Both the position numbers and the translations under genes were made by a program. Below, piece after piece: positions 35,206-46,617 of a stretch of 64,000 nt of DNA. The stretch is from Gekko japonicus (lineage: Eukaryota): contig NW_015164680.1 of the NCBI RefSeq assembly GCF_001447785.1, forward strand, positions 793,980 through 857,979, written 5' to 3'. A model generated the notes under the pieces. The model made no database searches and was not told where the DNA came from. It saw only the letters and a list, made by a program, of their open reading frames with translations. Within the stretch, counting starts at the first letter, position 1. Each line of letters begins with the position of its first letter.

Positions 35206-38200
35206 CTGTCCTGGTCACTGTTACATGGAGCCCTTCAGGGAAGGCCAGCGAAGAGAGAGCGCTTATTGGAATTTCCCACGGTTCACGTGTACCTTTTGTT
35301 TTCTTTTTAACCATCTGCTGAGGTCAGAGTTGGTTGAAAATAACTCTGAAAGGATTTGCTGCTGGACGGTTGTTGATACGTGAATGGTTTAATCCATCTG
35401 AAGATGTGCTGTGGTCTTCTGCGGGAGTGTGCTTCTTGACGAGCTTGTTGACTGGGCCAGAGAGGATTGCTTTCTTTTCAGTTATACCTCACGTTCTCAG
35501 GGCCGGCTCGTGCAATCATCAGAATCGAACGGTGAAGATGTTCCCGGAATGGAGTGCTTCAGGTTGCTGGTGGCTGGGAACATACGTTGTGAATGTTTCC
35601 TCACAAGCCAAAACTCCTTGTCCCTAGAAAAGTGGTGTGTCTGGGAGAGGAGTTTAGGTTTGCCCTCTTCCTGTTGGGCTAGGCGGGTCTGTGTGAAGGA
35701 AGCTTTTATGGGTGGTTGGAAAGCATCCACGTGTACAACCTCTCCTCATGCAGCCACAAGGGGTACAGTCCAGGAAACACTTCAACTGCTCGTTTCTGTG
35801 TGAATTGGCCCTCCTAAATTCTTCGTGCCATCTGTCTACTTGCATTTTTGTGCTGTGTTCAAACACCTTACAGTGACCAGAGGCACAAAACTGACAGCCT
35901 TTTTTGCTACTTCTTTAGCAAATGGGGTAAAAAAAAGAGAGGCCCTTTTGTTACTTGACACTAAAGCATCACTTTCTGTCCACTTTGTGCCACTTGGTCG
36001 TTGGCTTTTTGGAAGCTGACAGAACCGGCTGTCTGCTTCCTGCCTGGCCCTATCATTACGAAGTGGACATCAGGAAACCTTGAATCTGTGGAAGCAGCCC
36101 AGGTCCTTACTAGCCTGCCAGAAGAAAGTAGAGGTTGTGTTTTTATTTCCGTTTTAAATATCTGTCCCATTCAGCTATCGTGAGCTGTTTTCTCTCCAAC
36201 AATGCCGGACACATTCCATGCTTGATGAATTCTTCTGTCGATGTGCCTGCAGTGTGAGAAATGAGGGTGTGTCTTTGGAGACGTGCGTACTAAGCATTTC
36301 TTAGAAAAAGTAGTCAGTTTACCATGGTCCTTAATTTTAAGGTGATTGTTGATGATAGGATTTTGAATGCACTTGAGAGACTGGTAGGAAAGGGGGGAGG
36401 GAGCTCTGAATTACCCGAGTGTTATCCATTTCTGAACAGCAAAAATGATTTGCTGTCCTGTGTTGGAGACACTTTGCGATCCTCAGAGGCCTGCTTCCTC
36501 AGTGAGGAATTATCCAAGAGAATATGGCTGATCTGTCCTTTCGTCTGCACCAAAGATTTTCTGCTGGTGAAACACGTAAAAAAGGATGGGGATGCTCTCA
36601 GAACTGTTGTCATGTTCTCTTTCTCACCCCCTCCCCCAGTCTAGTGTTTAATTAAGCTTCCCTTGTACCAAGTATCATTCTGCTGAGAGTCCAATAGCAC
36701 CTTTGAGACCGACCAAGATTTGGGGAGGTCTATGCTTTCGTGAGTCAAAGCTCCCTTTGTCAGAGATCTTGACTCTCAAAAGCTTATACTGTGAAAAATT
36801 TGTTGGTCCCTAAGATGCCCCTGGACTCGAATCTGGCTCTTCTACTGCAGACCAGCATGGCTGAAATTGCCCTCCTGAAATTATGCTGCGAGTCTCCCTG
36901 CTCCATTAATAGCAACCAGTGCTATGGGGTGAGAAAGTGCTTGGTGCAATGATGCTGGGACTTAAACAAGTTGAGCTAGACGTCATGGAGAACAAGGGGC
37001 GGCTTATTTCAGCGGCAGCCTTGCAGGGGTTTTTGCTTTATGTCATGTTTTAGGTCTGCCTTATAAATCAAGTCAGAGTAAAAAGCCTCACCTCCTTGGG
37101 TGGATTTAGTTCAGTGAATTCGGTCGCATAGCTTCCTGGTCCTGATTCAGTGCTGATCATCTGTCTGTGGCATCTAGAAAAGCATTGTGAGTTTGATTTT
37201 TGGGTCATTTGGTTGGCTGGCCAGTTCTCAGCCTGCTTTGGAAAAACTGAACATTGTACCTGAGGCCTTGACACCTCCTCACCGATTTCACTTTCGGCCC
37301 CCCACCTTCTTGCTGCTGAGACTGAGGGAGGAAGAAACACTTAAATTAGCTATACATTTTAGAGGGGAAAAAGGGATTCTTTCTCTCATTCCAAAAATGC
37401 CTTTTTTAAAAACACTTAAATGTACAGTAGTACCTTTTTAATTTATGAATGTAAATGTCGAATCATGTGACTGCGGTTGAGTGTACATAGCTGGTACTGT
37501 TTTCTGAATTGTGTGTTGCTCTGTTGTGCTGCTTCGTTTCCACAAGAAGCGATTGCTTCATTTTTAGACGTCTTTTAAAAGGCTGGATGTTTGGCTTTAA
37601 CCCTGATCATCCAATCAGTGAGGGGGTAGAGAAGTCATCATCCAATCAGTGAGGGGGTAGAGAAGCCATCGACTGGGTTTTCTCTTCTGCCTTTGCTCCT
37701 TCCCGTTTTGTGGCCATATCAGCTGTTCTATGTTCAAGAAAGAAGTTGGTTTGCCAAAGGGTTTCCTCTAATCGCTGGAATAACTTTAAAAACAAACCAC
37801 TTATAATAGTGTGGTTTTCAAGATGGGAAGTGGCAGACTCCAGAGTTTTAGGCTTTTTGTGAGTTTTAGGGTATGCTTCGCACAATCACTTTTTCTATCT
37901 CGTGCTGTTTTTGTAACTCAGTGGAGGAAATCTGTGCAGAACTGGGTCTTGTGAAAGGGGTCCAATGCTTGCTTAGCTCAGCTCCTCTGTCCTCACACTA
38001 CAAGCAGTTGTGTTTGGCCTACAGCTCCAGAATCCAAGTTAGACGTTTCAGTCCGAGTGAATGTCTCGACTGAGATAATTTATCCTGCCTCAGAATGGCT
38101 GCAGGGATTTCCACTCACAATGCAGACCGTGTCCTAGGGGAGCTTTGCAGCATACTGGATCCCGCAGGTCTCCCAGTACTGCCCCCTCCCTGCACAAAGA

Positions 38201-38620
38201 GCCCTCGCCTAATGCAGGAGACTCTTCCAAGAATGGGTGAGTCTCTTGTGTTGGCAGAAAGGCTCCTTGTGCCAGAGGGAAAGCACTAATGTCAGCAGCG
38301 CAAGGCCACAAGATCCAACCCACTGTGCTCAATGACTGACAATTGCCAATTAGGCACTTCCGCCCCAACTTTTGTTACCCTTTTTAGTATCTTCTGCTCT
38401 GTGTAGACGGGGAAATGCTTTGGTTCTGATGATTGTCCCAAATTAGTTCCACATGAATAAATTATTTTTGGCAAATTGGCAAATTTTCTGTGTGTTTGTT
38501 TTTGCTTGCGCCTCAGATCACACTGAAGACCGAGTGCCTCATTTTTGAGATCTTGGTGAAAATAATATGCACATGGTAAAACAGACTGCATATTAAAATA
38601 CCCATAAAAGTTAAGTGTTG
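35206..38620 (+). other. SLC37A3: Putative SLC37A3 3' UTR with candidate poly(A) signals AATAAA 38456-38461 and ATTAAA 38592-38597
   Basis: Repeat-poor stretch after the stop; ATTAAA is followed by a GT-rich tract. The end point is inferred. Confidence 0.5.
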
Positions 38621-39285
38621 CCCTGTGCAGATGTTTTGTTTTCTATTTGTGGTAAAGAGCAGCTCACACCCTCTCCATAGTTCACAGCATATATTGTGTG
38701 TGGGGGTGTTGTTTCTATTTTTTTAATTTTTAAAGTTTATTTCAACCATATTTACGTTACTACTGATATGAAAATATTATAAACTACATATACATTTAAA
38801 TATAATAAACAATTTAAGAACCTCTTTCATTTTTCAACAGGACATAATTTCAAATGCTTGTAACCCTTGTGGTATCTTGGGATTTGTGCAACTAAGTAAA
38901 TTTGCACAGTTTATACATTTCTTTTGCTTTATTTATCCAATCTATTTTTTTGCGGTCTTCTAAACTTTGACTTTCAGACTTTTGTTTTAATGGTTTTAAT
39001 GGATTGTTATAATATGTAAATCTGCTGTAGTCAGTCCGTGTGAATGTCTCAACTGAAATAATTTACCCTGCCTTAGAATGGTTGCAGAGTTTTCCACTTG
39101 CAATACAAACTGTGTCCTAGGGGTGCTTTGAAGCATACTGGATCAGGAAGCAATTTCCTTCAAGCCAATTTGGCCAGGGAAAGCAAGAAGAGATCTGTCA
39201 GGAATGCTTCTCAGACAACCAGTTTCTAGAACAAATATATATTGTTTATTGTTTATCCCATAGGTCCATATGCCTTTCTTTAAGG

Positions 39286-39459
39286 AAGAGCTCTGGGGCC
39301 ACTGCATTATTTCATTCCTCGAGTAACATTATATTGTTGCTGGAGGAATACCTTCCCTGTCCCCATAAGATCCCAAGAATACTGCAGGTTAGACTTATTG
39401 GTAGTGATGAGCTGACTGCACTTATCCCCTGTTTGGTTTGGCTCAACAAATGGGAGTTG
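39286..39459 (+). repeat. 174-bp direct repeat, copy 1
   Basis: Matches 43513-43686 with 3 substitutions. Confidence 0.95.
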
Positions 39460-39461
39460 CT

Positions 39462-39995
39462 GGAACTTCCGGTTGATGGCGGCGCGCTAGCAGACTCACC
39501 TCCCGGACCTCCCGGGGGTGAAGCTGCGCTCCAGCTGAAGGAGGGGGTGCGCAGGTTCGTCACCCGGAATTTTTAAGAGTCCAATTGGGAGGGCCAGAGG
39601 AGGAAGAAAAAGAAGGGGAGGACAGTAAGTCCAATGGCAAGATGGACTCGGATTCTTCCGGAAAGGACTCTCTTTCAGAGAAAGGGGCTGCAGCTCCTAA
39701 AAGTCCTTATAAGCCGTGGAAGAGATGGGGCAAGGAGACGTGAAGGCTGAAGGACTCTGAGTTGTGCCTTGGAATAATTTTGAAATGAAATGACTTGGGG
39801 TCAGTAAATTTTAAGAACTGAAAAGTTAATGTTAAATTTGACTCAGTTTGTAAAGGGATTAGCGGGATTAAGACTTGATGTTTGTTTAAACTGATCAGAA
39901 GATCTCCTCTCTTGGGTTTTTAGTTAGTAGTGGGTATCTTTCTTTTATCCCATAAATGTAGTCCCCCTTCCCATTTTCTGTTGTAGTTTGTAGAA
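39462..39995 (+). mobile_element. Short non-coding L1-derived element (5' end plus 3' tail)
   Basis: Starts GGAACTTCCGGTTGATGGCG with CpG-rich leader; 39899-39993 is homologous to the 3' tail of the minus-strand ORF1 element (revcomp of about 40403-40497). Confidence 0.6.
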
Positions 39996-40076
39996 GCCAA
40001 CTGGAACCACAATATTATCTATTGAGGTGCATTGTTGTCTTAATGTCTTGGTGATTTTATTGGTTTTAATGGATTG

Positions 40077-40410
40077 TTATAATATGTAAATCTGCATTCA
40101 TTGCAGATATATGTTAGAACCTGCCCTGAGCCTACAATGAGGGGAGAATGGGATATAAGTCTAATAAAATTTTAAAAATTAATTCTGTGTTTTTTTTATA
40201 AATCTCCATAGGGTTATTTTTTTATTTTGCATATACTACAACCTTATAATATGTAAATCTGCATTCATTGCAGATATATGTTAGAACCTGCCCTGAGCCT
40301 ACAATGAGGGGAGAATGGGATATAAGTCTAATAAAATTTTAAAAATTAATTCTGTGTTTTTTTTATAAATCTCCATAGGGATATTTTTTTATTTTGCATA
40401 TACTACAACC
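40077..40410. repeat. Tandem duplication 2 x 167 bp
   Basis: 40077-40243 vs 40244-40410, about one mismatch. Confidence 0.95.
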
Positions 40411-42084
40411 TACAAAGAAATATAGGGGAGGGACTATAACTAAGGAGAAAGAAAAGCAAACCACACTAAACTAAAACCCCAAGAGGAGGAGATCTTTTCA
40501 CTGTTAGTAAACATGTTAGTATAATTAGTTTTATTATCACAATATACTTGTTGAGTTCTTGCTTATAACAGTTCGCTTCTTATATGCTATTTTGTTAGTT
40601 GTTTTGAGAGAAGTCTCTGATCATCTTCTTAGCCTTCATTTTAAAAGGCCATTTTCCAAGTCCTTCTGCCTTTACTTCGGCTTTCTATCTCTAAAATCGT
40701 ATACCACTCTGGCAGGTCCCGCACCCTTTTCTGCCGCAGAATCCTCTTCCGTTCCTGAGGTAGCAGAGTCACTCGACTTCGATTCTCCCTCTTTGGACTC
40801 ATCATCTGTCCCCAACTGGCGTTTCAAAAATTCTTTAGCTTTTAAAAGTGGAATCTATCTTCTCTCTTCTATCGTTGATCTTAAAGATGACACCCTCTGG
40901 GACCGCCCATCTGTACGATATTCCATTAGTTTGAAGAAAAGAAATTAATTCCTTGTAATTTTTCCTCTTTTGTCTAATTTCAAATGGAATGTCCTTTAAA
41001 GTTTTAATGGTAACATTTCCCATTTTCAGTGGGGTTGCTGATGTTGCTTTTAAGATGGCATCCCTGGTTTGTCTTCTTGAAAACTTGACCACTATTTCTC
41101 CAGGTAGGCTATTTTTTTAATATAGTTGGAGTATGCCCTATAGGCTATCTCCATTTCGTTTACAAGTTCCTCCGCTGTTAAGCCTACTACTGGAGCGATG
41201 ATCTCACTAAGCACTTTCTTCAAGTCTTCCCGATCTGTTTCAGGAACCCCCTGAAACCTGGGAATCATGTTAGCTTTTTCCATCTGAAGCTGCAAGACAC
41301 GGTTCTCTTGGCAATTCTGCTTCATTTCAACCTCTCCCATCCTTTTCTTCAACTTCTTACTTGTGGTGTCAATCTCTTTAATTTTTTCGTTTGCCTGCTC
41401 CACTTTTTTCTCCGTCTCGTTCAGCTGGAGCTGCTGTGCCGCCAAGTTTTTATTCATCACGGTCAATTGCTGGTTAATACCATTGAGTTGTTCCATCACC
41501 GGCTTGAGCATATCCGCCAGGAGTTTGAGGACATCTGCTCCCTCTTCCGGTCTCGGACTCTGCCCGCCCGGCTTTGTTTTAAACTTTCTCTGCTGGGCTG
41601 CCATCTTTCCCGTTTTGTTTACAATTTCTGCCGCTTCCCCTCAACTCGGAAAACTCGCCAAATGACTTTGCAGATCAGATAAGTCTCTCAAAACACTTTC
41701 GGTTTACTTCCTCCCCACTCCCCCTTCGTGTCCGTTAGCGCTCTTTCGCAAAAGAGGCATCCCTCTTTGCAATCTCTGTTTCCAATCGCGGGGGGGATAG
41801 CTTTTCAAACTACTCCGTTTTATTCAGAACTCACGTTCATTGCCGGCCAGTTCAACTGACCACGCTCGGTTTTTCACCATTCCACTTGATCTCCGGCACT
41901 TGTCCCGGTCAGTCCAGCTTGTGCCCGTCGGGGCAGAGGGGAGCCTCAATTCTCCGGCATTATGCCATCGAAGACGCTACCCCTCAAAAGCCCCCTGGCC
42001 TGGAGCCTATCGCAAAGGCTCCGTGGGTGTGCGATTCGCCCTCCTCCGTCAAGCAAAAATAACTAGAGAGAAACCAGATGTTCC
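40385..42084 (-). mobile_element. L1-clade element with 5' UTR and ORF1 only (HAL1-like); ORF1 41604-40672 with two frameshifts
   Basis: Coiled coil followed by RFQGVPE...VKFSRRQTRDAIL...KDIPFEIRQKR...YRWAVPEG (L1 ORF1p-type RRM/CTD); AATAAA plus A-run about 280 nt after the stop; no ORF2. Confidence 0.8.
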
Positions 42085-42359
42085 AATTTGAGTGTAATTT
42101 CTCTAAGAACTGGTTCCAAATAGAAATTACAGAATAGTGGTAAATCTACAGGTATTTTAATCCCTAAGTACCTAATTACTGCCAAAGGGATACTTTATGT
42201 AACCATTTATCTACATTTAAATCTTCTTTCATTCTATTAAATAGAAGTGCTTTGCTTTTAGAGCTATTTAATTTATACACAGATATTGCAGCATACTCAT
42301 CAATTACTTTCAAGAGTTTCCCATTAGATTTATTGATGTCTAACATGACAACATTACGG

Positions 42360-42525
42360 TGGGAAGGTAACAGCGTTCCGTGCGCCTTGGTGTTTAGTCA
42401 TGCCGGCCACATGACCACGGAAACGTCTTCGGACAGCGCTGGCTCTTTGGCTTTGAAACGGAGATGAGCACCGCAACCCTAGAGTCGGATTCGACTGGCT
42501 TTCGAGCAAGGGAACCTTTACCTTT
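42360..42525 (+). mobile_element. Sauria-type SINE, 5'-truncated
   Basis: Matches the 12416 copy; ACCTTTACCTTT tail. Confidence 0.8.
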
Positions 42526-43512
42526 AACATGAAAATGGCTAATTCATTGGCATAAAGACTCGAAACAATGATTTTTGATCTCCTCCCCCACAATGTTTGG
42601 GATTTACATACAGCCTTTGTGTATTTGCTCCGCTTCACCATTTTGTGTTTGCACAGATCATGTTGTGTGAGCCTGTGTGCCATGCATTCTCTGTACACAT
42701 GGGTCTCTGTACACATGACATCTAATGAATGAGTGTCAGGGGCACATGCATAATGCATCAGAGGGATTCTCACTCACTACATGCAGAAGAATGAGGTCTT
42801 CCTATGGAAAATTATGGCTGTGAATGAGGTCCACATCTTGGTTTTATATCTTAGTAGTTCAGAGTGAGTTCCAGCAGTTTAGGGTTATTTCCCCCCCATA
42901 CGGTATCTCAGTGCCTTTAACAGTTCACATGTGAGAGGTGCTGCTTCCAGCACCAAGATCTCCACATAGAGGATTTTTGCATGGAAAAGGTTGTGCCATT
43001 GAAATAGTTGTCTGTTAAAGCACAGAGTTGCAAATAGAAGGAAGAGAGGGTAACCTTATAGCCAGGGCTTGGCAAATCCCAGGCTCTGGGCTGCCCCAGC
43101 AGCTAGAAATCTCATTGCGTTGTCTTCAGCAATGACTTCATTACCGTGGCAGCAGTCCTTGGCAGAAGTGAAATTATAAATGAAACTGAAGCTTTGTACA
43201 CCAGTCTGCTTTACTGGAGGTCATAAATTGCATGTGATAAAAGTTTTTATCATTGCTTGTTGATACTTCACCATTCAGTGAAGTATCATAACCAGCTGCC
43301 GTCTAGACTGACTTCAATATTCAGTTCAGTGGAACTTTTAAAAAACACAGAATTATGAGCAACTGGAAAGGATAGGTTATGGTTAAAGAGTTGGAGGGCT
43401 TTTTTTTTTGGTAACCAAGGCTACTCCTACATTTATATATGGCAATACTTTTTGTCATAACTTTAAACTATGAAGTGTTTAGGGTAAGGTTTTGTGGTAG
43501 CAACATGTAGTA

Positions 43513-43686
43513 AAGAGCTCTGGGGCCACTGCATTATTTCATTCCTCGAGTAATATTATATTGTTGCTGGAGGAATACCTTCCCTGTCCCCACAAGATAC
43601 CAAGAATACTGCAGGTTAGACTTATTGGTAGTGATGAGCTGACTGCACTTATCCCCTGTTTGGTTTGGCTCAACAAATGGGAGTTG
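43513..43686 (+). repeat. 174-bp direct repeat, copy 2
   Basis: Matches 39286-39459. Confidence 0.95.
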
Positions 43687-43882
43687 TTCTATCCCCTCCT
43701 CTCAGTCAGGAAATTGTGTGGTTAATTCTGATTCCTGTTTGCACCGGAATACTGCTGTGGTTGCATCCAAAGCACAAGGGGAGGTCGGAAAACTTTGTCT
43801 ACTGTGCCTAATGTATGGCTTTCAGCTTGCCCTAGCAGCGTTCCACCAAAAAAGAAAATCATACTGAAAGCTTACTGATTAT

Positions 43883-44167
43883 AAGAAGAAGAAGAGAAGA
43901 GATTGGATTTATACCCCGCTCTTCACTTGGAGTCTCCGAGTGGCTTACAAACTCCTTTCCCTTCCCCTCCCCACAACAGACACCCTGTGAGGTGGGTGGG
44001 GCTGAGAGAGTTCTTGACAGAAACTGTTCTTTTTCAAGGACAGCTGTGCCAGAGCTTGTGACTGACCCAAAGTTACATCAGCAGGTGCAAGTGGAGGAGT
44101 GGGGAATCAAACCCGGTTCTCCCAGATTAGAGTCCACGCACTTAACCACTACACCAAACTGGCTCTC
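43883..44167 (-). mobile_element. Same tRNA-derived SINE family
   Basis: Reverse complement of the 30302 copy. Confidence 0.8.
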
Positions 44168-44169
44168 CA

Positions 44170-44995
44170 GAACATAAGAGAAGCCAATGTTGGATCTGGC
44201 CAATGGCCCATCCAGTCCAACACTATCACACAGTGGGCCAAAATGCCAGGTACCATCAGGAGGTCCAGCAGTGGGGCCAGGACACGAGAAGCCCTTCCAC
44301 TGCTGCCCCCCCCCCCCAACAACAAAGANNNNNNNNNNNNNNNNNNNNNNNNNNNNNNNNNNNNNNNNNNNNAGAATACAATGCATCACTTGCCCTAGAC
44401 TGAGAGTTCCTATCTATACCTTGTGGCTAATAGCCACTGATGGACCTCTGCTCCATATGTTTATCCCGTTCCCTCTTGAAGCTGTCCATGCTTGTAGCCG
44501 CCACCACCTCCTGTGGCAGTGAATTCCATGTGTTAATTGCTCTTTGGGTGAAGAAGTACTTCCTTTTATCTGTTCTAACCCGACTGCTCAGCAACTTCAT
44601 TGAGTGCCCACGAGAAAAGGAGGGAGAAAAGCACCTCTTTACCTGCTCTATCCCATGCATAATCTTATAAACCTCAATCATGTCCCCCCTCAGCCATCGT
44701 TTCTCCAAGCTAAAGAGCCCCAAGTACTTTAACCTTTCTTCATAGGGAAAGTGTTCAACCCTTTTATCATTCGAGTTGCCCTTTTCTGCACTTTTTCCAA
44801 TGCTATAATATCTTTTTTGAGGGGTGGTGATGACCAGAACTATACACAGTATTCCAAATGAGGTCTCACCATCAATTTATACAGGGGCATTACAATACTG
44901 GCTGATTCGTTTTCAGTTCCTTTCCTAATAATCCTCAGCATACTGTTGGCCTTTTTTATTGCAGTCACACACTGTCCCAACATTTTCAGTGAGTT
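44170..44995 (-). mobile_element. CR1 LINE 3' fragment spanning an assembly gap
   Basis: GLFSLEKRWLRGDMIEVYKIMHG...RKYFFTQRAINTWNSLP. Confidence 0.9.
44329..44372. other. Assembly gap (N run)
   Basis: 44 N. Confidence 1.
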
Positions 44996-45239
44996 ACATC
45001 CTTAAGCAATACCAGCTTTGATGAAAGAGGAAACCTGAAACTGAGTTTTCACAGGTCTAGCCCTCCATCAGCTACCTGCTAATCAGCTAATCACATGGGA
45101 TTTTTACATTTCCTCTAAAAACAGGACACTTGAACTGTATGATGGAAGAGCACTTCTTGCACTTTACTATGACTGGTTGCCAGATATTGGTTTGAATGTC
45201 TTTCCAGAGTTGTATCTGAATCTTCAGTCTTAGTACTGT

Positions 45240-45425
45240 ATTGTTGTTGTTGTTCAGTCGCACAGTCGAGTCCAACTCTTCGCGACCCCATGGACCAGAT
45301 CATGCCAGGCCTTCCGGTCTTCCGCCATCCTCTGAAGTTTGCTCAACTTCATGTTCGTTGCATCTATGACACTGTCTAACCATCTCATCCTTTGCCATCC
45401 CCGTCTTCTTTGACCTTCAATCTTT
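45240..45425 (-). mobile_element. Bov-B/RTE 3' end
   Basis: KIEGQRRRGWQRMRWLDSV...DRKAWHDLVHGVAKSWTRL; (CAA)n tail. Confidence 0.88.
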
Positions 45426-46411
45426 TGTATTGTATAAGTATTAATAATCATTACACAATTTTTGGTATAATTTGTATTTATCAACTACAATAAGATGTGA
45501 ATTCATAATTAGTAAGCTTTCACTGTGATTTTCTTTTTTGGTAGCTCATTTCCATGATTTTCTTGTTATTCTTTACTAGTTGCGTTCCAAGCAGGAGTGA
45601 TCAATAGCCCTTCTATTTGGATTGCAAGTTGTTTGCAAATTGCATATTCAAATACTTAGTGTTTGTTTTGAAAAATGCTCTGTGCATGCATGTTTTTACG
45701 GTGCTCCTTGTGTTCCTTATCTGTCATGGCTTTTTATCTCCACCATTCCAGCCTTGCCCATTTTGCCTGACAGCCAAAGCTGAGCATGGGTTCATTTGTA
45801 CAAACTGGGTTCCCACATTTCTTGCACTGCCTCCTGGGAACTACAGTTTCATCTGCTTGGGTCTGAGCACGCCACAGTGTGATAAAAGCTGCCACCTGTG
45901 CATGCCCATAACCAGCTCCTGTGTGCAAATGTAGCTGATTTTCAGTGGTGTATGCCCTGTCTGTCGTGGTGGTGATTCTGGGCCAGACCTAATCCAAGCC
46001 ATGTACTGAATTGCAAACACGCATCAGTCAGCCACCATGCTGAATGCTGCTTTTTGTGCAGGTGCAAAATTACTTGCAACGCTGCTTGCTTTGGAGGCAA
46101 TCAAACGTGATATTCACTGGTGTAAACAGGGTAAATTGGATTGGTGATTGCTCTTTTTTGTGTAAAAATGGGAACAGCCTGGCTCATAACAGCCTGCTGG
46201 ATCAGACCAGTGGTCCATCTAGTCCAGCATCCTGTCTCACACAGTGGCCAACCAGTTCCTCTGGACAGCCAACAACAGGGCAGAGAGGCTGAGGCCTTCC
46301 CCTGATGTTGCCTTCTGGCTCTGGGATTCAGAGCATTAGTGTCTCTGAATGTGGAGGTTCCCCTCAGTCACTATGGTTAGTAGCCACTGATAGACCCGTC
46401 CTGCTGGAGTC

Positions 46412-46617
46412 CATAGTTCCCTCTAAGCTGAGTTGGTGTGAGCTAGCTCAGAGGTTTTTAGCCTCCGGCTCACACATTTTTGCCTTAGCTCAGGAAGGAG
46501 GGCTCCAAAGCAAACTGATTTATGCAGCAGCCAAATCGCCCGCTCACCACTTTCATGCCAGTAGCTCACAAAGTACAATTTTTGCTCACAAGACTCCACA
46601 GCTTAGAGGGAACATTG
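46412..46617. mobile_element. hAT-type MITE (family A)
   Basis: Same TIRs, perfect 8-bp TSD CTGGAGTC. Confidence 0.85.
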
